From: Antedon mediterranea
Taxonomy: Eukaryota > Animalia > Echinodermata
DNA: 64,000 bases
NCBI RefSeq assembly: GCF_964355755.1
Contig: NC_092677.1
Coordinates: 2,130,101 to 2,194,100, forward strand
Reading direction: 5' to 3'
Shown one piece after another: positions 41,356-52,030 of this stretch (positions are counted from its first letter, which is position 1; every line of letters starts with the position of its first letter). The translations under genes were made by a program, and so were the position numbers. The notes under the pieces are model-generated. The model did not search any database. It was not told where the DNA came from and saw only the letters and a program-made list of their open reading frames with translations.

Positions 41356-42688
41356 CTAAACAGTCGTGGCGGGAGGGCAATTGACGTGACCGTAGAACTG
41401 AAATTTGCTGACATCAATTCCTTGCTTTTCGAATTTAGTCAGCTGAGGTTGTATCTTGCTAGCGTCACCAGTTGATAAGCTGGAGTCACGTACAAGAATC
41501 CAGTTGAATTGGACATTGACCAGGCCAAAAATTGACGTGCAAGAATGGACAAGAGCGGACTCCACATAATCGGTATCCAACACCCAGTATTTAGCCCGTG
41601 GTGACCCTATAAAAAGAATAAATTGTTATAAAGTTGTTAATTTTTTATAAAGCATGATTCCCACTAGAGAGACGCAACGCAAAGACGTACGCGCAACAAG
41701 GCAAACGAGTTGACCAATGGCATGCGACAGTTTGAATAATCTATCGCTTGTGATTGGTCAAATCACTAATGCTTGGTTCCCACTAGCGACGCAACGTAAC
41801 GCAACCTACGCAACGTAGAAAATGGCCTTCCAATAATTGTGTTTGCCCCGCCTGCGTAAAATCAAACCTACGATGTTTGCAGCACTATTGCGTCGTCGGT
41901 TCCCATTTGTGATTACGCAATACATCACTTTGCGTCAATACGTCGTTGCGTTGAATTCTAGTGGGAACCACGCTTAAACGTGCAACGAAGATGCGCGTCA
42001 CGCCTTTGGAACCCAGGAAAGTTAGCCGGCCCAAATAAATACTAGTTTAGGTACTTACACCGACTGAATTTGACTCCAAGCTTGGCAGGATTATCTGGGT
42101 TTGCCTTGGCGTCACCGACGGCTGACTGGTAACCTTCTCCCGGAAAGTAAGCGCTGTTCAATACATTCACATGGCCGTTATCCTAGATTAGAAAATATAG
42201 TATTTGTGAATAAAAATGATAGGCCTATAATAATAACAATGTGAAGCGATAAAGATGAGAAATCGAAAACCCAGAAGCCTAACTCAACCAACTTAAACGT
42301 TCTTCTACTTCTGATGTTTACAGTGTGATAGTGTTTGATTGGACAGCTCTCTCACCGAATGGAAGAGAATTAAAGTACTCAATCAAATCAATATAATTCA
42401 ATTTCTCAGAGGCCCAGATCAACATACTTTTTCAAAACACTTCATGCCACGGGATGGTATGTGTAACCTCACCTTTAAACTGTATTCAGCGACTACACAT
42501 CGTGCATCTCCCTGAAACTCTGCATAGAATCTAGCAGCTTCGTACCAAACGCCTAAATAGCTTGCAACGTCAAAATTATCTTGTACCGTGACCTTTGGGC
42601 AGGGACCGAAATCCCATACCTGAGCATTGATAGAGCCAACGAGGTACACAGCGACCAGAAGGCAAGCAAACTGAATTTTTGCGGACAT
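41356..42688 (-). CDS. Apolipoprotein D-like lipocalin, copy 3 (inverted), 196 aa
   Basis: Exons 42688..42473, 42182..42059, 41606..41356; non-coding exon 1 donor at 43940. GPCPKV, YLGVWYEAAR, PAKLGVKF, YWVLDTDY, WILVR, NCP. Confidence 0.92.
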
Positions 42689-42877
42689 CTTTATATCATC
42701 TATGAAAACGAAACAAATCGAATCAAAAGCAGATCAAGTCACAAGTCACAAATCAGTTTATTTTGATCCATAAATAAAACAAAAATACAAAGCAAAAAAT
42801 ATACAAAAGGACCAGGGAGACTTCCATTAAGGCCAAAAGCCGCATGCATGGAAGCCACCCGAACATTTTAAATAATA

Positions 42878-43686
42878 ATGAAAACATTTCTTTTGGTTTC
42901 GATTCGTATAATGATATAAGTAGTTCTTTGATAGTAAACCAATAAACTTACGTTGGCAAGACAGTTTCGTCTAGCTGTCAGCTTGACTTCAGTTGCTATG
43001 ATGCGTTATGACGCCGACTGGTCTCCTTTCCAGCCACTAGATGTTTTTGTTGTGTAACCTAGGGGACCAGTCGTCATCAGAAGCTGATCGTAAATGTGAG
43101 ATAGTTGGTGCGCGCCTTCGTCTCTATTCATCTTTGTATTTTTATTTTGCTTTCTTATGCTGATGCTTTTTTTAATTTTACGTTTAAGCCAAACTTGTTC
43201 TTTGTGTAGTACCTCTATCTTATCCCAGTTTGGTATGTGGTTGTGTGTGGTCATATGGTCCGTGATTGCTGATTTATGTAATGTGCATCACGGAAAGTTT
43301 CGTCCTCCATTTTACATAAATCAGCAATCACGGACCATATGACCACACACAACCACATACCTAACTGGGATAAGATAGAGGTACTACACAAAGAACAAGT
43401 TTGGCTTAAACGTAAAATTAAAGAAAGCATCAGCATAAGAAAGCAAAATAAAAATACAAAGATGAATAGAGACGAAGGCGCGCACCAACTATCTCACATA
43501 TTTTACGATCAGCTTCTGATGACGACTGGTCTCCTAGGCTACACAACAAAAACATCTAGTGGCTGGAAAGGAGACCAGTCGGCGTCATAACGCATCATAG
43601 CAACTGAAGAAGTCAAGCTGACAGCTAGACGAAACTGTCTTACCAACGTAAGTTTTTTTGGTTTACTATCAAAGAACTGCTTATAT
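42878..43686. mobile_element. Penelope-like retroelement 3' fragment in head-to-head inverted duplication, in intron 1 of lipocalin copy 3
   Basis: Arms 42910..43281 and 43312..43690. Both encode H..NWDKIEVLHKEQVWLKRKIKESISI...MNRDEGAHQLSHIYDQLL, the GIY-YIG C-terminal signature. Flanking direct repeat cattttaaataata at 42864 and 43687. Confidence 0.85.
43600..43643 (+). ncRNA. Minimal hammerhead ribozyme motif (Penelope-associated)
   Basis: gcaa-CTGAAGA-a-gtc aagctg a cagct a gac-GAAA-ctg-TC-ttac; one mismatch in stem I. Confidence 0.6.
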
Positions 43687-44730
43687 CATTTTAAATAATA
43701 TGTAATTCTGTATATAATATAATTTAAAAGTTAACAAATCATAAAATCAACAAAATCATATCAGGTCAGCTACAACCCATCTCTATTACATATATAACAA
43801 GTTTGGATATAACATACACCATCATATTCTGAAATAAAATTATTTTTTAAATATGTAGAAAACCCAACAAACGATTGCTTAGTATTCATTTGGGGGGAAA
43901 AAACATCACTTAAAATATATTAATAAACAAATATCTTACCGATTTGTTTGAAAGATTTGGATGAAGTCTTCGATGATGAGGATTTCAGCAACGAATTATA
44001 CTAAACTGTCTTTGTGTATTGTATTTATAAGTTAAAAGTATGTAAATAAAGTTACATAAGTGACGATATTCCATTTACTAGATAGGAAATTGTTTCTTTA
44101 ACGGTTTGAACATTGTATTAACACTCCATCTATATTATGACGTTTTTTAGCAATCTAATTTGAAACATCCCCCTCGCCAAAATAGTACGGCCTGTTTTCC
44201 GTGAGAACGCTACATACTGTTTATAATCTAAGAAAACTTACATAATTGTATGACTTATGTAAGAACGAAGGATTCATGAGAAAGTTTCTATAATAATAGT
44301 TCCTATCTCCATCTGTTTATTGTCCTGTATTGGTCTATTATGTAAATGCTTTAAAATCATCCGTAATAATCTTATGCTCCTTTTGTCCCTAAAGGCCCAT
44401 TTACACTAGAACGATAACAATCGACGATAAATAGACAAACGTACATTTTTCTTAAATAAAACAAAATAAATTGGGAAAGTTTTCGTTTTAGAACTACTGT
44501 ATAGGAAAATCATTTATGCTGTCATTGATAAAAATAATATTTATATATTAACGTATTTTTATTTTTTTGAATGCGCCTTGAGCACTCTTGAGTGATATGT
44601 GCGCTATAAAAATCCTGTTATTATTATTATTAACTCTATGGTTTTATTTCTATTTGTGTTATATAACAATAACAATATATGAGAGTGTGAAAGAGTCGCT
44701 ATCCAATCGAGTTTGAACAATACCATGAAA

Positions 44731-44802
44731 GCCCAAGTGGTCTAATGGTTAAGACAGCTGCATATCAAGCAGACAGTCCGAGTTCGAGTCTCGGTTGGGG
44801 CG
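44731..44802 (+). pseudogene. tRNA-like sequence (anticodon ATC), probably a repeat-borne pseudo-tRNA or SINE head
   Basis: 72-nt cloverleaf, A-box tggtctaatgg, B-box gttcgagtc, perfect D and T stems, ttttt downstream; mismatches in the acceptor and anticodon stems. Confidence 0.65.
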
Positions 44803-44909
44803 AATTTTTCTCATTCTCATAGATTTCCTCATCTTTATCGTTTCAAATTAATTAATTAAATTTCAGTATATCACCGGGCGGTTTAGAATTAATGTTCTTT
44901 GCCTGATGT

Positions 44910-44913
<4 letters not shown>

Positions 44914-44952
<39 letters not shown>
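44914..44952. repeat. (TA)n microsatellite; a second tract lies at about 45590..45653
   Basis: Direct read. Confidence 0.95.
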
Positions 44953-44955
<3 letters not shown>

Positions 44956-45104
44956 CAATGATGTTGCGTAGCACTGTGTAAATTATATATAAATCATACT
45001 GTAAATTATAGAAACAGTGCTCATATTCGGAACATGATCTCATAATCGCGTCGAGCATAGCTCATTGGCGAAAGTTCCGTATTTTTTTTAGTTGTATGAA
45101 AAAA

Positions 45105-45176
45105 TGTCTCTGGCGGGATTCGAACCTGCAACCTCTCGCTTACAGGGCGAGTATCATACCACTAGACCACAGAGCC
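45105..45176 (-). pseudogene. tRNA-like sequence (tRNA-Pro-like body, anticodon TGT), probably a repeat-borne pseudo-tRNA; truncated second copy at about 45475..45528
   Basis: GGCTCTGTGGTCTAGTGGTATGATACTCGCCCTGTAAGCGAGAGGTTGCAGGTTCGAATCCCGCCAGAGACA followed by T6; C at position 33 and stem mismatches. Confidence 0.65.
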
Positions 45177-45586
45177 GTGTATGGTATTATCACAGATTTT
45201 CACCCACCAGATACATTCTCTCATACAACAAACGCCCTCACAATCAGTGGAGGCTTAACAAGTCAGAATAAATTCCCACTTTAATTCGCAACGGTTTTTT
45301 AAATAATATTGTGTATATGTAAATCAATGATGTTGCGTAGCACTGTGTAAATTATATATAAATCATACTGTAAATTATAGAAACAGTGCTCATATTCGGA
45401 ACATGATCTCATAATCGCGTCCGAGCATAGCTCATTGGCGAAAGTTCCGTATTTTTTTTAGTTGTATGAAAAAATGTGTCTGGCGGGATTCGAACCTGCA
45501 ACCTCTCGCTTACAGGGCGAATATCATACTCGCGATTATGAGATCATGTTCCGAATATGAGCACTGTTTCTATAATTTACAGTATG

Positions 45587-45657
<71 letters not shown>

Positions 45658-45703
45658 GCGAAAAGCTAAATCAAAACGATAAAGTAAACAGCCAGAAAAG
45701 TTA

Positions 45704-45741
45704 GCAGAGCTTTCGGGCAACACTAGCCCTTCATCAGTGCA
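45704..45741 (-). ncRNA. Minimal type I hammerhead ribozyme motif
   Basis: Minus strand gca-CTGATGA-a-gggc-tagtgtt-gccc-GAAA-gc-TC-tgc: intact core, 4-bp stem II and palindromic AGCT stem III. Confidence 0.75.
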
Positions 45742-46017
45742 AGTGAAGGAATTTGGATAAAGTCATAAAGCTGGCAAGTGCTGCCTTGGTGGACAGGAAA
45801 AGTTATCCAAAGTACCCTCCATAATTACAGCAAAATCAGATCAAAATTGATACAAACAGTAGAAAATATATATAAATCCAAAGGCAAATTACTGAAAAAA
45901 AATGACAATTCTGGATATATATATAGGCCTATATAACAATATTCCAAATCAAAATGTTATGAAACTTTTATCAGTTGATTCATTTCAATTCAATAGACTA
46001 TAGTAGGTTTTAGGCTT

Positions 46018-46208
46018 TCAATAACCGGTTGTTCCATGCACCGTGACATGTTCAATAACCGGTTGTTCCATGCACCGTGACATGTTCAATAACCGGTTGT
46101 TCCATGCACCGTGACATGTTCAATAACCGGTTGTTCCATGCACCGTGACATGTTCAATAACCGGTTGTTCCATGCACCGTGACATGTTCCATGCACCGTG
46201 ACATGTTC
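46018..46208. repeat. 34-bp minisatellite, about 5.5 copies
   Basis: Unit tcaataaccggttgttccatgcaccgtgacatgt. Confidence 0.92.
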
Positions 46209-46605
46209 ATTTGCTAAAACAAGTTGTAAGTAGATAAAAGATTAAAACGCAATTGAGCTGATTATTAGCTGAAATATGGGAGTATGTGTTTATACGTGTT
46301 TTAAAATTTAGTAACAAATAATGAAAACTACAAAATTTATCTTTAAAGCTCTGTCTACACTATCAAACTTTATGTGACAACAACATGTGATGTGCCTATA
46401 TATAGACACGAAGATGTCATATCAATACCACGGGCATGTTTGGGCACATCGCTACCATTGGGCGCATCACACTTTTTTTGTCAAACTAGTTTGATAGTGT
46501 AGATTTGATCATTATTGCTGGATCGATTTATCTATAGAAATGTTCATTTCAGGGTCTCCTCCTCATGCACATAACAACAGACCTGGGAGGCTAGTATCAT
46601 TTCCT

Positions 46606-46913
46606 CCATATCAGTAGGCCTACTTAAACATCGTACAATGCACTATCTTGATCCGCCAATATCAGTAGGCCTACTTAAACATCGTACAATGCACTATCTT
46701 GATCCGCCAATATCAGTAGGCCTACTTAAACATCGTACAATGCACTATCTTGATCCGCCAATATCAGTAGGCCTACTTAAACATCGTACAATGCACTATC
46801 TTGATCCGCCAATATCAGTAGGCCTACTTAAACATCGTACAATGCACTATCTTGATCCGCCAATATCAGTAGGCCTACTTAAACATCGTACAATGCACTA
46901 TCTTGATCCGCCA
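46606..46913. repeat. 51-bp minisatellite, 6 near-perfect copies
   Basis: Unit ccaatatcagtaggcctacttaaacatcgtacaatgcactatcttgatccg. Confidence 0.93.
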
Positions 46914-47828
46914 CGACACCAATCACTGGTTTCAACAACGTTTTATGAGGCAATAACAGGTACAGCATAAACACATTTATAGTAGAATCAAAGAATTAAA
47001 TACAATTTTACTTCCTTTATGCCTACTTAATGATCTCTAATATCTTATTAGGCTTATGTATTACCATTACACTTCTTTCTTTTCCAGTCTGTTTTATCCT
47101 CATAAAATATTTGTAAATTAAAAGAAATGTTCTTAGTGCTATTTTGTTTTAAAAGAAATAAATGTTAACTTGAATGAATGAATGAAAAAATTATATAACT
47201 AAACTAAACAACAAGGCATGAGTGAACCCAACAGCTGCTGCGCTTTAAGCCGGTGCGATCCTGTGTGAACAAAACAAGATAATATTTACATCTGCTCCCC
47301 CTGATCAAACAGTCTTGCGTTATCAAAGTTGCTTCTCCCGGTTGATCATGGACAATCTGCATGCTAATAATCATTAACACAAACAAAGATACTAATTTCC
47401 TGAATTATCTTACGTTTAGTGTCCGGACAACTACGTACCTTTGAGAATAACCACCCGGACCGGCACAATTCATAATAATGCTCCCAAAATGGGACGTCCT
47501 CTCTCGGATTTCCACCCGGGTAAGTACCACCCCGGACAACTACACCCAGACGGCACCAATCAACCCCCTGACACCAACAAACCCCCTGAAAATCATAACT
47601 CTAGTACAATACCCCTGGACAACTACCATTGGTCGATTAGGATATTCCGAAGGTTTATGTTGTCATTTTGATTTCAATACACATTTCGTGTTAAAATTGT
47701 ACGTTGTTGTTATGATGTTTAATAGGCTGTTGTGCTAAGATGTTGTGCATTATGCTATTCCAAGATTACTACAGTAATTAAAATGGCAATTGGTAAAAGT
47801 TTTGCCCTACTCAGACGTAATTTGTACT

Positions 47829-48535
47829 TTATGTAAGAGTAGGGTAAAACATCTGACCAATTCTCAACTTCCTGACGCAAAGTTACCCCACAGTAGTTAA
47901 ACACAATAACAAATATTTTGTACTTAGGAGGAAAAGGTTGATGAATATTTTATTGACAACCATTTTACATGATAAAAAACAAAGAGTTTCAACACGCGCA
48001 AGATTCTCCAATAATTATTTTATTAACGTATATATGACCCCAAGAAACATAGGAGCTCTCGTATGAAGAGCACTATTTCTGCTCTCTTCTTTTAGATAAC
48101 CTATTATACTTACATAACGAGAGCGTACAAAACAGATGGAGATAGGAACTAAATTAACAAAACATTCCCAGGAATTCTTCGTTCTTACATAAGTCATACA
48201 ATTATGTAAGTTTTCTTAGATTATAAACTTATGTAGCGTTCTCACGAAAAACAGGCCGTACTATTTTGGCGGTGAGGGGGAATGTAATGATGACGTAATC
48301 TAATTATTCGCAACAAAATGCAGAATTTTACCTATAAAGAAACCCGCAAAGAAACGTTTTTATTGTATTTTTATTCTTAAATGGGACCATATCTAGTTTG
48401 ACAAAACCTACCATACTGAAGTAGTTTGTGATTACGGTTGTTTTATATTGTTTCAATTAATGTCAATTATCAGTATTCTCGTAAATGGAATCGCCACTTA
48501 TGTAACTTTATTTACATACTTTCAACTTATAAATA
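47829..48535 (+). promoter_or_regulatory. Promoter of lipocalin copy 4: five TTATGTAA/TTACATAA (D-box-type bZIP) sites, a forkhead-like site and a TATA box
   Basis: Sites at 47829, 48110, 48185, 48202 and 48498; tatttac at about 48509; TATAAATA at 48528; exon 1 donor at 48614/48615. Confidence 0.6.
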
Positions 48536-49221
48536 CAATGCACAAAGACAGTTTAGTATAATTCGTTGCTGAAATCCTCATCAAGTATTCATCCTATTGT
48601 CTTAAAAAACATCGGTAAGTTCCTTTTTAATTAATATTTGATGCGTTTTATGTTACACATATCATGTGATTAATCCATCCATTCTTTTAGACACGTAAAC
48701 CCGTCATCATAATATATGTCTATAGTCTACTATGTTGACTGCTTGTATACACAATTTTTATCATTCATTTCTATAACAAAGTTTCGTTAAAAATGAAAAT
48801 CATTGATCTAAAATGGTTAACGCTCAGTATAAATCGTTGACACTTATATTGTATACGTGTACCATATGTATACGTGTACCATATGTATACGTGTACCATT
48901 ATGCTTTAAAAATGTACTTGATATTAATAACAAACACTATGCATGTGTTCAAGCTTAGTAAACTGATGCCTTTTTTTAGATCAACAAAAAATAGTGCTAA
49001 AAATTCAATGAGAGAAATGACAATAACGCAATTAGAGATAATCGCACACATCTACCATGTTTTCCCACTGGCGCGTGAAAATGTTGACCAATTCGCACGT
49101 TTTAATCTCGTGTAACGTAAAGAAATTATCAGCCAACCAGAATATATTCGGTAATTGACTACAAGGTTAATAAATCGTTTGTTGATCTGCTTTTAATTAC
49201 TTTGTTTTCATAGATATAAAG

Positions 49222-50688
49222 ATGATGTATGAAAACAAGTTTGCTTGCCTTCTCGTCACTGTGTGCCTCGTTGGTTCCATCAGTGCCCAGGTAGTTTCTA
49301 AAGGTCCCTGCCCAGAGGTCACGGTACAAGAGAATTTTAACGTTGCAAGCTATTTAGGCGTTTGGTACGAAGCTGCTAGATTCTATGCAGAGTTTCAGAA
49401 GGAATCTCGATGTGTAGTCGCTAATTACACTTTAAAGGTAAGACTGCATAATAGTAGGCTTACCATGTAGTACCATTGATACTCATGGGTACTCCGCCAG
49501 CCCTGGTTTCTCATCTTACAGAAACATACGGCGCGTTGTAAAGACGAAAAGTACATTCTATCATTTTACTATTATAAATATAATATAATATTCAAATTTT
49601 TATTTTATTATTCAAATCTAGGATAACGGTCATGTGAATGTATTAAACAGCGGTTACTTTCCAGGAGAAGGATATCAATCCGCCGTTGGCGACGCAAAGC
49701 CAGACCCTAATAACCCAGCCAAGCTTGGAGTCAAATTCAGTAGGCGTAAGTAGGCCTACCTAAACAACTAGATTACGTTGAGTTGGCACTTCCTTTTTCT
49801 TGTTTGCAAAAAAGTTTTAGTTAAACGTTTACATTTTTTCGGCAAACGCACGCATTGCTGAGTGTTTTAAATGATGCGTATCGCGCTGGTTATCACTCTA
49901 ATGAAACGCACGACGTACGACGCAAATTCATCGCTTGTGATTGGTCAAATCACAATTTACGTAGCGCTTTATACGTCCCTGCGTTGCGTTCAAAGGGTAG
50001 GGGACGGAATATTAAGCATGAGTGTACTGATTTAACAAATATCAAATTATTATTTGTATAATGTAAAGAGGGACTACAGCGACAGGCCCATTGAACCTTT
50101 TGTAGTCTCTTGACTACATACTATATGCCAACCTTGTTATGATTTCATATTTTAGGTCAATAATTGTTTCTTGAATTGATTTGAATATATACACACAATT
50201 ATGCTTTAAAAAAAGTCACAAAATGCAGAGATAAATGCCATAGCTTATTCCATCAATACTTCTATGTTTATTTGGTGGTGTGTGTATCCACATTCAATTT
50301 GTAATATACCGTTTTCTAGAACTGCAGTTATGACTGCGCATCTGTGAAATATTCCAACTTTGATTTTTGTTTCAAAACTTCCGTCGGATCTGTCGTCGAT
50401 ATAACCACTTTGTACGATTTGTTCTTCCTACTTTCAGTGCAACCACGTGGTAAATACTGGGTGTTGGATACCGATTATGATACATACACTCTCGTCCATT
50501 CTTGTACGGCTATTCTTGACGAGAACATTCAATTCAACTGGGTTCTTGTACGTGACTCCAGCTTGTCAACTGGTGACGCTAGCAAAATACAACCTCAGCT
50601 GACTAAATTCAAAGAGCAGGGAATTGATGTCAGCAAATTTCAATTCTACGGTCACGTCAACTGCCCTCCTAAAGACACGGCTGTATAG
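49222..50688 (+). CDS. Apolipoprotein D-like lipocalin, copy 4, 196 aa
   Basis: Exons 49222..49437, 49622..49745, 50438..50688 in frame; SCR1-3 motifs and four conserved Cys. Confidence 0.92.
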
Positions 50689-51845
50689 AAGCCTATACAG
50701 GAACGAAATGATGCCCAGTAGGGAATTCTGAAGAAAATTAATTGGTTACACAGAAATGAAAAAAAATGAATCCTTGATACAATCATACTGCGCATGACTA
50801 GCTTTTCAATTTTAGAGATTCTTTAGGCCTATTACTTTAATCATTGACTTACTATCAAAAACTAACAAGTTTACAATAAAATGAATTGAAATGAATTAAT
50901 GTTCAATTTTTTCTGAGATCTTATAACTATTAATGTAAAAAAAAAAAACACGAGTATATTAAATTTAGATTTATTCCTTGTTTAATGAAATGCCATAATG
51001 AAAATAAGGTGGTTTTTTAATATCCGTAATATTCAATACATTACCCATAGGCCTATGTATGACGTCGCATAGAAGACGCTTGATAATTTAATGGAAATTT
51101 AATATGTATAGATTTTGATTAAGATTGTAATTTTGTAATTGAAATGAAGTTATTAAACACTAATGAAGTAGTTCATAAATTGTTGTATTTATTTCATTGG
51201 TTAATCTTTATTTACCAAAGCCGCTTTTGTGTTGTGTGTGTGTGTTGTGTTAGTACCACAGTGAGGGTTGCCATTTTGTATGTAATTTCACCTAAAGTAT
51301 ATTATACGTATGGAACGCCTTGTAGGACAAAATGTATATCTTTTGACTGATATGTCTAATCACCATCTCATCTAGTTTGTACATTTCGTTCGTTCAATGT
51401 GATTCAACCATGGATCCAATTGGCCTGTTATACAAATTTACGTAATGGAGTTCATGTGTTGTGGATAGTAAACAGAAATATAAACATGCATGTACAGTAT
51501 GAACACATGAATAAATGTGTACCGTATTTTAGCATCATCGCGTCATAATTATAATATAGGCCTACACTATTTTAGAATATTTAGATTCCATCCACAGGCC
51601 TCTTGGCGTGTTGTACTTTGTGTCTAGTAGCTAGTAAGTATGGTTTTACAGTAGCACAGTATTATGGAAAAAAGAAAAGAAAAATACAGACACGAGGCAA
51701 GTCTATTTTATTTGTGTTACATAAACAAGTTCCATGTACATCACGTGAATTTTTCTAGGAATGGTTCATTTAATTTATTTTGTCTCTTCATCAAATAAAA
51801 AAATATTATTTACTGATCACAAAATAGTCTTGCAAAACATTTTAT

Positions 51846-52030
51846 GAGGTAGAGGGGATTGTAGAGGTAGGCCTAGAGGGGATTGTAGAGGTAGGCCTAG
51901 AGGGGATTGTAGAGGTAGGCCTAGAGGGGATTGTAGAGGTAGGCCTAGAGGGGATTGTAGAGGTAGGCCTAGAGGGGATTGTAGAGGTAGGCCTAGAGGG
52001 GATTGTAGAGGTAGGCCTAGAGGGGATTGT
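51846..52030. repeat. 24-bp minisatellite, about 7.5 copies
   Basis: Unit tagaggggattgtagaggtaggcc. Confidence 0.93.

Noticed and set aside
45027-45080. cggaac...gcgaaagttccg stem as a third hammerhead
   Set aside because: No CUGANGA core and no UH cleavage site in the right register.
44731-45176. Functional tRNA-Asp(ATC) and tRNA-Thr(TGT) genes
   Set aside because: Stem mismatches, an atypical anticodon or C33, a body that does not fit the anticodon, and repeat context; kept as tRNA-like only.
46638-46970. 110-aa ORF of 17-aa repeats
   Set aside because: A 51-bp minisatellite with no synonymous variation or splice context; the paralogous site is single-copy and not codon-conserved.
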